Translations under genes and position numbers: made by a program
Notes under the pieces: generated by a model
Told to the model about the DNA's origin: nothing
Databases searched by the model: none
Seen by the model: the letters and a program-made list of their open reading frames with translations, nothing else
Assembly: GCA_001768235.1 (NCBI GenBank)
Contig: MENK01000035.1
Location: 61,755 to 125,754 of the forward strand
Direction of reading: 5' to 3'
DNA: 64,000 nucleotides
Origin: Bacteroidetes bacterium GWB2_32_14
GTDB taxonomy: Bacteria > Bacteroidota > Bacteroidia > Bacteroidales > UBA12077
Part shown: positions 38,537 to 48,576 of the stretch, one piece after another
Position numbering within the stretch: the first letter of the stretch is position 1
Layout of the letters: each line of letters begins with the position of its first letter

Positions 38537-38917
38537 CCACTTAACTATTTTAATTTTAGTTAAAATAGGATAAAAAATTAAACCCACAATTGCCCCGATA
38601 CAGTTTGCAATTATATCACAGAACTCGGCCGATCGATCGGAAGTTATTGCAAATTGGCTAAATTCCATAAGTCCGCCAAAGCAAACAACCAGGAATAGTG
38701 AAAACAGTTTTTTATAATTAGAAAGTACAGAATACTGTTTAACTATAGAATTTAACAATGAAATAATTAATGTAAAATACATTAAAAAATGAATAAGCTT
38801 ATCCATGTTATGAATATCTAAAAAGGGAATTTTATTTAGTTCATTTCCAGAACTAATACTACCCCAAAAAATAACCAGGGTAATTGCTATTGTTTTCCAA
38901 AATTTTATAAAAATCAT
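38531..38917 (-). CDS. VanZ family membrane protein
   Basis: DKLIHFLMY...MEFSQ...RSAEFCDIIANCIG. Confidence 0.88.
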   Translation of the reverse strand: MIFIKFWKTIAITLVIFWGSISSGNELNKIPFLDIHNMDKLIHFLMYFTLIISLLNSIVKQYSVLSNYKKLFSLFLVVCFGGLMEFSQFAITSDRSAEFCDIIANCIGAIVGLIFYPILTKIKIVKWL

Positions 38918-39080
38918 AATATATGTAAAAAGTAAACCGGGTACAAAGCTGTGTAAATATTTTAAAACTTCAAAAAGAAAAATTTAAAGTTGTTCATATT
39001 TAGTTTATAAAGGTAAAATAATAATAAATCTCCAAAACCAGTGTTTATAACCCCGCAAAGAATTGTTAATAACCCTGCAA

Positions 39081-39096
39081 TGTTTCACGTGGAACA
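39081..39096. promoter_or_regulatory. parS centromere site
   Basis: TGTTTCACGTGGAACA, consensus parS, in the VanZ-hemW intergenic region. Confidence 0.88.
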
Positions 39097-39236
39097 GTAT
39101 TCATCAACGTTCCTCAGTATCAGTGATGTACAAAACGTGAAATAAATTTGAATTTTATTAGAAATTTGATGTGTTTTTTGTGTATTTTAACTGAATATAA
39201 AATTCAAATTTATTTTTGAAAATCTAAGGGTTTTAA

Positions 39237-40364
39237 ATGGCCGGATTATATATTCATATTCCATTTTGTAAAAAAAAATGCGCGTATTGTGACTTTTTTT
39301 CTGTTGCTAACTTAAATTATACCGATGAATTTTTAAAAGCAATAGTTAGTGAACTGGTTTTACAAAAATCATATTTGGAAAATGAAAGTATAAATACCAT
39401 TTATTTTGGAGGGGGAACACCATCGGTTTTAAAACCAAATGAACTGCATTCAATTTTAAATACCATTTATTCTGTGTTTAAAATTGATCTAAAAACAGAA
39501 ATTACTCTTGAAGCCAACCCGGATGATTTAAGCAAAAGTTATTTAAACGAGTTACAAAATATTGGAATTAACAGGCTGAGTATCGGAGTCCAGTCATTTA
39601 ACGATTCTGATTTGCAATTGATGAAACGAAGGCATACATCTGAACAAGCCAGACAGGTTATTCATAATGCCCGGGAAGCCGGATTTAAAAATATTAGTGT
39701 TGATTTAATCTATGGCTTACCAAACATGCTGCTTTCTGACTGGGAGAAAAATATTGATATTTTATTAAACATGGATATTCAACATATTTCAGCATATCAT
39801 CTGACAATAGAACCCAATACCGTTTTTAAAAAGTTATACGACAACAATAAGATACCATTACCAACCGATGATGAAAGCATAGAACAGTTTAAATTGCTAA
39901 TTGAAAAAACAAAACAATATCAATTTATTCATTATGAAATATCGAATTTTGCAAAAGATGGATATTTATCACTGCACAATTCAAACTATTGGAAAAAAGT
40001 AAAATATCTCGGGGCAGGTCCATCAGCGCATTCTTATAATTTAACCTCCCGACAATGGAATATTTCGAGCCTTAAAAAATATTTATCCGAAATAAGTAAA
40101 GGAAATATACCATTCGAAATAGAAAAACTTTCAACTACAGACAAATACAATGATTATATTGTTACTTCATTACGAACTATGTGGGGTATAAATCTGAAAA
40201 CTATTGAAAAAGAGTTTGGAAAACTGTATTTTGATTTTATACTAAGAGAAAAGAATTTATTCGTAAAAAATAATCTCCTGGTAAAAAATAATGATACCCT
40301 GATTTTAAGTGAGGAAGGAAAATTCTTGTCTGATCAAATTATTCGTGCTTTACTTTATATTTAA
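39237..40364 (+). CDS. hemW: Radical SAM heme chaperone HemW (HemN-like)
   Basis: LYIHIPFCKKKCAYCDF, YFGGGTPS, TLEANP, RLSIGVQSF, YEISNFA, HNSNYW. Confidence 0.93.
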   Translation: MAGLYIHIPFCKKKCAYCDFFSVANLNYTDEFLKAIVSELVLQKSYLENESINTIYFGGGTPSVLKPNELHSILNTIYSVFKIDLKTEITLEANPDDLSKSYLNELQNIGINRLSIGVQSFNDSDLQLMKRRHTSEQARQVIHNAREAGFKNISVDLIYGLPNMLLSDWEKNIDILLNMDIQHISAYHLTIEPNTVFKKLYDNNKIPLPTDDESIEQFKLLIEKTKQYQFIHYEISNFAKDGYLSLHNSNYWKKVKYLGAGPSAHSYNLTSRQWNISSLKKYLSEISKGNIPFEIEKLSTTDKYNDYIVTSLRTMWGINLKTIEKEFGKLYFDFILREKNLFVKNNLLVKNNDTLILSEEGKFLSDQIIRALLYI

Positions 40365-40391
40365 TTTTTTGAATTCATAATAATAAAGTTC

Positions 40392-43300
40392 ATGAAAACA
40401 AAAAACGAAAAACTTCAATCAATGAATGGCAAATTGCATTCTGAAAACAAACAAAGCCCGGATTTGGTTTCAACGTTACACGAAAGCGAAGAAATGTTCA
40501 GGTTGCTTTTTATAAACTCAAAAGACCCGATTATACTCATTGATAAATACGCGCTTTTAGACTGTAATGAAGCCACATTACAATTATTAAAATGTAAGGA
40601 TTTAAAGAAGATACTAAATACCAATATTTTTAACCTTTCGCCAGAATATCAACCCGACGGAAAAAAATCAAATAAAAAAGCAAAAGAAATGATAAACTTT
40701 GCTTTTAAAAATGGTTATAACCGGTTCGAATGGTTAAATAAAGACTTTGATAATAATGAATTTTATATTGATGTGGCTCTGACATCAATACCATACAAAG
40801 GAAAAACAATATTATTTTCCGTTTGGCATGATATTTCAAAACAGAAAGAGGATGAGAATGCATTTTTACAAAGCGAGCAAAAGTATAAAGAGCTGTTTAA
40901 TCAGGCTGCTGATGGAATTTTGGTAATAGTGGGAATGGGTGAAATAGTTAATGTTAATGATAGTCTTTTAAAATTATTGGGATATATTAAAGAAGAACTC
41001 ATTGGAAGTAATATTGCTGTTTTATTTGAAAAAGAAGAGTTATCAAATCAGCCTCTCAGGTATGATTTAGTTAAAAAAGGGGATATGGTTATTCGTGAAA
41101 GGAACATAATACGTAAAGACGGAGTGAAAATCCCTGTCGAGATGAATACAAAAATTATTTCAGATGGAAGAATCCAGGCTCTTATACGCGATATTTCAAA
41201 GAGAAAAGAAACTGAAAATGAATTGAAAAAAAGCAGGGAGTTACTTGAAAAAGCGGAAACCATTGCCGGTTTAGGACGATTTATATATAATATTTCATCA
41301 GATATCTGGGAAAGTTCTTCTGTGCTGAATATGATTTTGGGAATTAATGATTCATATAAAAAAGACTTTAGTTCCTGGATGAATATTATACACCCTGATT
41401 TTCAAAATGAAATGGAAAACTATTTTTTAAATAATATACTCAGGGATAAAGAACTTTTTGACAGGATATATAAAATTGTCAGGATTAATGATAAACAAGA
41501 AAGATGGGTTCATGGTTTAGGAGAAATTGAATATGATTCAAAAAACAACCCTGTCCGGGTTTTGGGGACAATACAAGATATAACACAAATAAAGGAAACG
41601 GAATTAGCTTTAAAAGAAAGTGGAGAAAAGTATAAAAGTATTTTTTATAACTCACCTTTAGGAATAATGCATTATGACAAATATGGAGTTATAACAGATT
41701 GTAATCAACATTTTATTGATATTATTGGCTCATCAAAAGAAAAACTTGTTGGGCTAAATATGATTAAGAATTTAAATAATAGTAAAATTATTAAATGTGT
41801 AAAACAATCATTAAAAACAGGTGCGAGTTATTATGAAGATTGGTATTTTTCGGTAACAGCTGAAAAAAAGACTTATGTAAGAATAATATTTAAAAGAATA
41901 AAGAATACTAAAAATGAAACTATTTCAGGTATATGTTTGGTCGAAGATATAACCGAAAAAAACAAGGCAAAACAAGCACTTACTGAAAGCGAAGAGAAAT
42001 TTCGCCTATTGTTCGAAAGTGCAAATGACTCCATATTTCTGATCAAAAATTACACGTTTATTGACTGTAATAATAAAACCCTTGAAATATTCGGATGCAA
42101 GCGAAAGGACATTATAGGAAAACAACCGTATTTTTTTAGTCCCGAATTTCAACCCAATGGAAAACCATCAAAAGAAGAAGCAATTAAACGAATTAATTCA
42201 GCCATAAAAGGTAAAACAAGCACTTATGAATGGGTTCATACCCGGCTCGACGGAACACCATTTTATACCGAAGTAAGTTTGAATACACTTAAAATTGGAA
42301 ACGAAACAATTATCCAGGCAATTGTAAGGGATGTTACATTAAGGAAAAATGCAATGGAAAAATTGCGATTATCAGAAGATAAATTTTCGAAAATATTTGA
42401 TTCAACACCCGATGGTATAATTTTAACAGATTTTCATACGGGAAAAATTCATGATTTAAATAAAGGATATACTCAGATTAGCGGATATACAAGAGAAGAA
42501 TCTTTGGGTAAATCGACTACAGAACTCAACTTTTGGGTAAATATTCAGGACCGGGATAATTACATGAACCGGGTTATTAATGGTAAAGTACGTAATTTTG
42601 AATTTAATGCAAGAAAAAAATCGGGAGAAATAATTACAGTATTAATATCTGCAGATATTATCAGGATTGAAAAAGATCCATACATTCTTGCAATATTTCG
42701 AAATATTACAGAAAGAAAAATTGCAGAACAAAAACTTATCGCCAGCGAAGAGAAATTTCGAAATATTTTTAACAGTACAAGCAATTTAATTGTTATTTCA
42801 AATACAGACGGAATAATAATTAACGTGAATGAAGCAATATTAGAAATATCCGGATTAAAATCAAATCAAATAACAGGTCAAAATATATTAACCTTGGTTT
42901 CCGAAGATTACCGCGAGGAGATTTCCAGAAGAATAAACAGGTTAATAAAAGGAGAAGAACTTTCAATGTTTGAAATTGAAGCGTATGATAAAAATAAAGA
43001 ATTATTTCAACTGGAAGTTCATAGTAAACTTATTGATTACGAAAATGAAAAAGCAATATTAATTGTTGCACGAAATATTAACGACAGAAAGGTTCTTGAA
43101 CGGAAATTAATAAACACGGTAATTGAAACTGAGGAAAAAGAACGACAGCGCCTGGCAAGCGATTTACACGATGAGGTAGGCCCGTTGCTTTCCAGTTTAA
43201 AGATGTATATCAATATACTATCTACAAATAAAGAAGAAGAAAAAGGTAAATACATTATAGAACAGTTAAAAATACTTGTTGAAGAGTCAATTCATAATAT

Positions 43301-43751
43301 CAGGGAAGTTTCAAGCGCCCTGAACCCATATTTACTGAATAAATTCGGCTTAAAAACAGCCATAGAATCTTTTTTTGATAAGTCGAAGAGTATTATATCG
43401 GTTCAATTTACAACAAATATTGAAAACAAGCGCTTTATATCGAATGTTGAAGCGGTGTATTACAGGATTATTAAAGAAATGTTTAACAATACCATAAAGC
43501 ATGCTAATGCAGATAAGGTAGAGATAAATTTAATTTATCAAAACCAGAACTTATTTCTTGAATACTCTGATAACGGCGTTGGGTTTATTCTCGAAGAACA
43601 TTTTTCAAATAAAAAAAGGGGGATGGGAATTCAAAACATTTTAAATCGAATAAAAACAATTGATGGTAAATATTCATTTCAAAACAAAAAAAAGAAAGGG
43701 TTTAATTTTGAATTGGTTACAAAATGCACTATAATTGATACAAACATCTAA
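40392..43751 (+). CDS. Soluble multi-PAS sensor histidine kinase (HisKA_3/NarX type)
   Basis: About 7 PAS/PAC units (E.K[FY]R..F starts; RDIT/HDIS ends); ERQRLASDLHDEVG H box; KEMFNNTIKHANA, DNGVGF, GMGIQNI; no TM segment. Confidence 0.92.
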   Translation: MKTKNEKLQSMNGKLHSENKQSPDLVSTLHESEEMFRLLFINSKDPIILIDKYALLDCNEATLQLLKCKDLKKILNTNIFNLSPEYQPDGKKSNKKAKEMINFAFKNGYNRFEWLNKDFDNNEFYIDVALTSIPYKGKTILFSVWHDISKQKEDENAFLQSEQKYKELFNQAADGILVIVGMGEIVNVNDSLLKLLGYIKEELIGSNIAVLFEKEELSNQPLRYDLVKKGDMVIRERNIIRKDGVKIPVEMNTKIISDGRIQALIRDISKRKETENELKKSRELLEKAETIAGLGRFIYNISSDIWESSSVLNMILGINDSYKKDFSSWMNIIHPDFQNEMENYFLNNILRDKELFDRIYKIVRINDKQERWVHGLGEIEYDSKNNPVRVLGTIQDITQIKETELALKESGEKYKSIFYNSPLGIMHYDKYGVITDCNQHFIDIIGSSKEKLVGLNMIKNLNNSKIIKCVKQSLKTGASYYEDWYFSVTAEKKTYVRIIFKRIKNTKNETISGICLVEDITEKNKAKQALTESEEKFRLLFESANDSIFLIKNYTFIDCNNKTLEIFGCKRKDIIGKQPYFFSPEFQPNGKPSKEEAIKRINSAIKGKTSTYEWVHTRLDGTPFYTEVSLNTLKIGNETIIQAIVRDVTLRKNAMEKLRLSEDKFSKIFDSTPDGIILTDFHTGKIHDLNKGYTQISGYTREESLGKSTTELNFWVNIQDRDNYMNRVINGKVRNFEFNARKKSGEIITVLISADIIRIEKDPYILAIFRNITERKIAEQKLIASEEKFRNIFNSTSNLIVISNTDGIIINVNEAILEISGLKSNQITGQNILTLVSEDYREEISRRINRLIKGEELSMFEIEAYDKNKELFQLEVHSKLIDYENEKAILIVARNINDRKVLERKLINTVIETEEKERQRLASDLHDEVGPLLSSLKMYINILSTNKEEEKGKYIIEQLKILVEESIHNIREVSSALNPYLLNKFGLKTAIESFFDKSKSIISVQFTTNIENKRFISNVEAVYYRIIKEMFNNTIKHANADKVEINLIYQNQNLFLEYSDNGVGFILEEHFSNKKRGMGIQNILNRIKTIDGKYSFQNKKKKGFNFELVTKCTIIDTNI

Positions 43752-43764
43752 AAAGTAAAAAAAC

Positions 43765-44133
43765 ATGAAAATGAATGTACTTTTAGTTGATGATAACAAA
43801 CACTTCATTGAAGCTTTGAAATTTATGATACTTGAGCATTTTTCCGATCGAATATCAGAATTATTTGTTGCATATAACGGGGTAGAATGCCTTGATATTC
43901 TTAAAAAACAATCTGTAGATATTGTTTTTATGGATAAAGAAATGCCTGTTTTAAATGGTACTGAAACAACAAAAAAAGTGATAGATATGTATCGAGATAT
44001 TAAGATTATCGCGGTATCATTTCATTCCGAACTACAGGATATTACACAAATGCTTGAAGCCGGGGCCCGCAATTATATTGTTAAAGAAGAAATTACCCCG
44101 GAAACAATCGAGAAATGTTTGAATAAATTTTAA
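43765..44133 (+). CDS. Stand-alone response regulator receiver (NarL-like, no output domain)
   Basis: LLVDD, VFMDKEMPVLNG, GARNYIVK; 122 aa. Confidence 0.9.
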   Translation: MKMNVLLVDDNKHFIEALKFMILEHFSDRISELFVAYNGVECLDILKKQSVDIVFMDKEMPVLNGTETTKKVIDMYRDIKIIAVSFHSELQDITQMLEAGARNYIVKEEITPETIEKCLNKF

Positions 44134-44168
44134 TGAAAACCAGTTAATTTGGGAATAAGCCAGGTTAT

Positions 44169-44468
44169 TTAAGATTTTGGGGGCATTATATCCTTTGTTT
44201 TATTATTATAATCAGCAAATCCTTTTGTTAGCTTACTGATTTCTTTTTCCTTTTCAGAAATAGTTTTTTTAAGTTTTCGATATGATGGATAGGAGAATAA
44301 AATCCCGATACATACACCTATAATCAAAACGATTAATAAAACGAGAGAGAGATGTCCTTTTACAGGGTTTCCAAGAATAAAATTTATGGATATGATTTCA
44401 TTATTTTTAACTGCAAATAAAACCAAAACAAGAGCCACGGCTAAGCCAATAATTAAGGAGCGTTTCAT
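44169..44468 (-). CDS. LapA (DUF1049) family membrane protein
   Basis: VLFAVKNNEIISINF, second TM, then a coiled-coil tail. Confidence 0.78.
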   Translation of the reverse strand: MKRSLIIGLAVALVLVLFAVKNNEIISINFILGNPVKGHLSLVLLIVLIIGVCIGILFSYPSYRKLKKTISEKEKEISKLTKGFADYNNKTKDIMPPKS

Positions 44469-44513
44469 TTATATATAATATTTAATTAAAACAGAAATTT
44501 GAACAAATAAAAT

Positions 44514-44897
44514 TCAAGACGATGAATCCAAATTTAAGTAAAAAGAAATTTTTTGTAACAACAAATCTTTATTAATAGGTTTTGACACATAATCATCACA
44601 ACCATAATCGAGACATTTTTTACGGTCATCCTGCATGGCATAAGCTGTTTGAGCAATAACAGGAAGCTTTGGATTAATTTCTTTTATTTTTTGAGTAGTT
44701 TCATATCCATCCATTTCGGGCAATAAAATATCCATCAATACCAACCGGATGGAGGTATCATTCAAAATCATCTCAATAGCTTTTTCGCCTGATGTGGCAG
44801 AAACCACGTCGGCACCATTAATTTCAAGAAGCCGTTTTAGAAATTCCAGGTTATCTTCATCATCTTCAACAACTAACAACCTTGAGTTTGATAGCAT
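44514..44897 (-). CDS. Single-domain response regulator (CheY-like)
   Basis: LVVEDD, VLMDILLPEMDG, IAQTAYA, GCDDYVSKP. Confidence 0.92.
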   Translation of the reverse strand: MLSNSRLLVVEDDEDNLEFLKRLLEINGADVVSATSGEKAIEMILNDTSIRLVLMDILLPEMDGYETTQKIKEINPKLPVIAQTAYAMQDDRKKCLDYGCDDYVSKPINKDLLLQKISFYLNLDSSS

Positions 44898-45056
44898 ATT
44901 TATTGTTTTAGTATTTTAAATTCGGGTTCAATGTTAAAAAGCCGATTTTATTTTCCGGAATTATTTATAACAAAAACAGCCATTCTTTAAAGAGAGATAC
45001 AGATGAATTCTATGTTTTAATGAAAGATAAAGTTAAGATATAATACATTTAAAGTC

Positions 45057-45086
45057 AAAAAAAACCGGTTTTAAACCGGTTTTTTA
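45057..45086 (-). terminator. Terminator downstream of the RND permease
   Basis: AAAAAAAACCGGTTTTAAACCGGTTTTTT palindrome. Confidence 0.7.
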
Positions 45087-45094
45087 TCAGCTTT

Positions 45095-48000
45095 TTATTC
45101 AGCTATCGTATTGTTTTTGTGTAGTCCCAATATACTCATAATTTTCTTTTTTGTTATTATTGTAATCCGGTAAATAACCGGAACGATAATAAGAGTAAGA
45201 AATGTAGAGAACGTAAGGCCAAAAATTACCGTCCACGACATGTTACCCCAGTATGAGGCCATGTCGCCGCCAAAATAGATATTTGGATCATAATTCCGGA
45301 ATAATCCTGCGAAATCAATATTTAATCCTACAGCCATGGGTAAAAGACCTAGTATTGTGGTTATTGCAGTTAATAGCACTGGTCTCAACCTGGTTTTTCC
45401 TGCCTGAACAACACAATCTGTTGCATCATCCACGGGTAAATAGGTGCTGTCATCAATGCCAAGCTCCTTACTTTTACGCGCTTTAAGTAATTCAATATAA
45501 TCGATTAAAACAATTGCGTTGTTTACAACAATCCCGGCCAATGAAATTATCCCTATACCTGTCATGATGATAACAAAATCCATGTTGAAAGTCCACAAGC
45601 CGCCAAAAACACCTATTGTACTGAAAATGATACTTGAAAATATAATAAGCGACAGAATAATTGAGTTGAACTGAGTAACCAGAATCAGCATAATTAAAGC
45701 CAGGGCGATTAACATGGCATTTGCTAAAAATGCAGATGATTCGTTTTGTTCTTGTTGTTCACCCGTGAACTCGATACGATAACCCGCAGGTATTTCAAAA
45801 TTACCTAAAAGAGCTTCGAGCTGTGTATTTATGGTATTTGCATTGTATCCTTCGATAACGTTTGAATATAATGTTATTACACGATCCAAATCTTTACGGC
45901 GGACAGAGCTAAAAGATGTGGTATATGTAAAATCAGCAACCGCAGAAAGAGGAATATAAGCCGGTGGCCCATCACCAAAAACAGGTATTTTCATATTCAT
46001 CATTACTGGCAAATTATACCTGTACTCGTCTTTTAAACGAACCTGGATGGGATACTCATCTTCGCCAACTTTAAAGTCGGAAACTTCTTCTCCAAATAAG
46101 GATTGGCGAATAGTGTAAGCTATCATTTGAGTTGATAAACCATAACGCTGTGCTTTATCACGGTCGATAAAAATCTGCAATTCAGGGTTTTGAGTACTTA
46201 TATCCATTTTCAATCCTTCAATTCCTTCAATTCCGGCTAATTCGATAAAATTCTTTAATGTGTCAGCTAAATACACGAGTTTATCAAATTCCTGCCCAAT
46301 AATTTCAATATTTACCGGCTTACCTGTAGGAGGCCCTCCTTCATCTTTAGAAATTTCAATTTCAACACCCGGGTATTGGCCCATGATGTGTTTACTTAAA
46401 TTGGCCATTATTTTGGAGGTGCTGTTTTCATCTCCCCGAAGTTCATAATCGATAAATGTAATGGTTATAATACCCTGATTTGGTTTAGAACCTGCAGAAA
46501 AATCCATGGGGTCACCCTTGCCTACAGTACTTAATACAGATTCAAGAACAGGTAATCCCTCATTGTTTTTATAAGGTTCTAAAAATGAAATAATATCATC
46601 TTCAAGCGTATTCACAAATTCATTTGTTCCGGTAATGTCGGTTCCAATAGGTAATGCAATAACAATGTTTACGTAGTTTGGATCTGCGTCGGGGAACAGG
46701 GTAATGTCGGGCATTCGTGAGAAAAAGAGCATTATGGTTATAATAAGTAAAGCGAATGTACCAGCCAGAAACTTAAACGGGTTACGCCCACGTAAAGCAA
46801 ATCGTAATGTTCTGCTATAAAGGCGTTCGAGTTTACCGAGGAATACATCCTGAAACCAGGCCTCAACTTTTCTGAGGAATAATACATGCATTAAACCGAT
46901 AATTCCAAACAAAATCAGAATATTTGGAAATACTCTTTTCCCGGTTAACAATAAAAGTCCACCTGCTACAATCATTCCAAGGGCAACATAAAAAGCTCTT
47001 TTTCTTCTGCGGTTTGTTTTTCCGTCACCATTGGGTGTTTTTTCTTTCATAAACGTTGCAGCAACAACGGGAATAATTACCAATGCAACAAACAGGGAGG
47101 ATGTTAAAACTATTATAAGAGTGATGGGCAGGTATTTCATAAACTCACCCATAATTCCTTCCCATAAAGCAAGAGGGAAGAATGCTGCAAGTGTTGTAGC
47201 CGTTGATGCAATAATGGGTACTGCGATTTCACCCACGGCTTGTTTTGCTGCCTCCCAGGGTGTAAAGCCGTTGTCTAAAAACCGATGGATATTTTCGACA
47301 ACTACAATGGCATTGTCAACCAACATTCCCAGGGCAAGAATTAACGAAAACAGAACAATCATGTTGATTCGGAAATCGATAGCACCAATTACCACGAACG
47401 AAATGAACATGGACATTGGAATAGCCAGTCCAACGAAAAGAGCATCACGGGTACCAAGGAAGAAGAATAATACAGCAATCACAAAGATCATACCCATAAT
47501 CATACTGTTTTCAAGATTGCTCAACTGCATTTTAACAGATTCGCTCTGATCGTTTGTAATGGAAATGTCAACAGCCTTAGGTAAAACGTTATTTTTCTTG
47601 GCTTCATCAAGCTTTGCGTAAATTTTATCTGTAGTTGCCAATAAGTTTTCGCCGCCTTTTTTCACAATCTGAATGGAAACCACCGATTTTTTGTTTAAGC
47701 GTGCAAAGCTTGTTGGTTCTGCATACCCATCAATAACTTCAGCAACATCTTTTAAATAAACAATATTACCGTCTTTATTTTTTATGATGATATTTTCGAG
47801 TTCCTGTATGTTTTTAAATTCGCCAATGGTTCTTATGCTTCTGCGGGTTTGCCCAAGCAAAATCTCACCCCCGGCCATTGAAATATTTTCTGCACGGATA
47901 GCACTGGTTATTTCGAAGAATGATATTTCAAGAGCTTCGAGCTTGAGCAAATCAACATTTATTTTTATCTCGCGGTCGTTTACCCCTTCAATTAATGCTT

Positions 48001-48559
48001 TTGAAACCTCGGGAATACTTTCAAACTCGTCCTGCAATTTTTCGGCATAGTATTTTAATTCTTCCACGCTATAATCGCCCGAAAGGTTGATGTTTAATAT
48101 TGCGAATTCCGAAAAGTCAAGGTCGAAAACACTCGGTCCGGGAAAATCGTTACCTACAGGAGGCAAATCTCTTTTTGCATTATCAACCACATCTTTTACA
48201 CGCCGCAATGCATCTTCCAAATCGACATCTGTATTGAACTCAACAAAAATCATGGATGCATCCTGTGCTGAAATGGATGTTATTTCTTTTAATCCACGCA
48301 CGTTTTCAATTTCCTTTTCGAGAGGCCTTGTAACCAGGTTTTCGATATCTTCCGGGGAGTTTCCGGGATAAACCGTTTGAACCATAATTTGTGGCCACAC
48401 GATCTCGGGAAAAAGCTCCTTGGGAAGATGACGATATGAATAAACCCCAAAAAACAAGAGTATAGCGGTAAGCAGGTAAACCGTATTTTTATTTTTTAAA
48501 GCCCAGGTTGTTAGTTTAAACTCCCTGACGATTTGTTCTGATAATTTTTTCTCTTTCAT
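45095..48559 (-). CDS. RND efflux transporter permease subunit (AcrB/AcrD/AcrF family)
   Basis: YPGNSPEDIENLVTRPLE, GMLVDNAIVVVENI, GIVVNNAIVLID, RLRPVLLTAITTILG. Confidence 0.96.
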   Translation of the reverse strand: MKEKKLSEQIVREFKLTTWALKNKNTVYLLTAILLFFGVYSYRHLPKELFPEIVWPQIMVQTVYPGNSPEDIENLVTRPLEKEIENVRGLKEITSISAQDASMIFVEFNTDVDLEDALRRVKDVVDNAKRDLPPVGNDFPGPSVFDLDFSEFAILNINLSGDYSVEELKYYAEKLQDEFESIPEVSKALIEGVNDREIKINVDLLKLEALEISFFEITSAIRAENISMAGGEILLGQTRRSIRTIGEFKNIQELENIIIKNKDGNIVYLKDVAEVIDGYAEPTSFARLNKKSVVSIQIVKKGGENLLATTDKIYAKLDEAKKNNVLPKAVDISITNDQSESVKMQLSNLENSMIMGMIFVIAVLFFFLGTRDALFVGLAIPMSMFISFVVIGAIDFRINMIVLFSLILALGMLVDNAIVVVENIHRFLDNGFTPWEAAKQAVGEIAVPIIASTATTLAAFFPLALWEGIMGEFMKYLPITLIIVLTSSLFVALVIIPVVAATFMKEKTPNGDGKTNRRRKRAFYVALGMIVAGGLLLLTGKRVFPNILILFGIIGLMHVLFLRKVEAWFQDVFLGKLERLYSRTLRFALRGRNPFKFLAGTFALLIITIMLFFSRMPDITLFPDADPNYVNIVIALPIGTDITGTNEFVNTLEDDIISFLEPYKNNEGLPVLESVLSTVGKGDPMDFSAGSKPNQGIITITFIDYELRGDENSTSKIMANLSKHIMGQYPGVEIEISKDEGGPPTGKPVNIEIIGQEFDKLVYLADTLKNFIELAGIEGIEGLKMDISTQNPELQIFIDRDKAQRYGLSTQMIAYTIRQSLFGEEVSDFKVGEDEYPIQVRLKDEYRYNLPVMMNMKIPVFGDGPPAYIPLSAVADFTYTTSFSSVRRKDLDRVITLYSNVIEGYNANTINTQLEALLGNFEIPAGYRIEFTGEQQEQNESSAFLANAMLIALALIMLILVTQFNSIILSLIIFSSIIFSTIGVFGGLWTFNMDFVIIMTGIGIISLAGIVVNNAIVLIDYIELLKARKSKELGIDDSTYLPVDDATDCVVQAGKTRLRPVLLTAITTILGLLPMAVGLNIDFAGLFRNYDPNIYFGGDMASYWGNMSWTVIFGLTFSTFLTLIIVPVIYRITIITKKKIMSILGLHKNNTIAE

Positions 48560-48576
48560 GTGAACTAAATTTCAAA

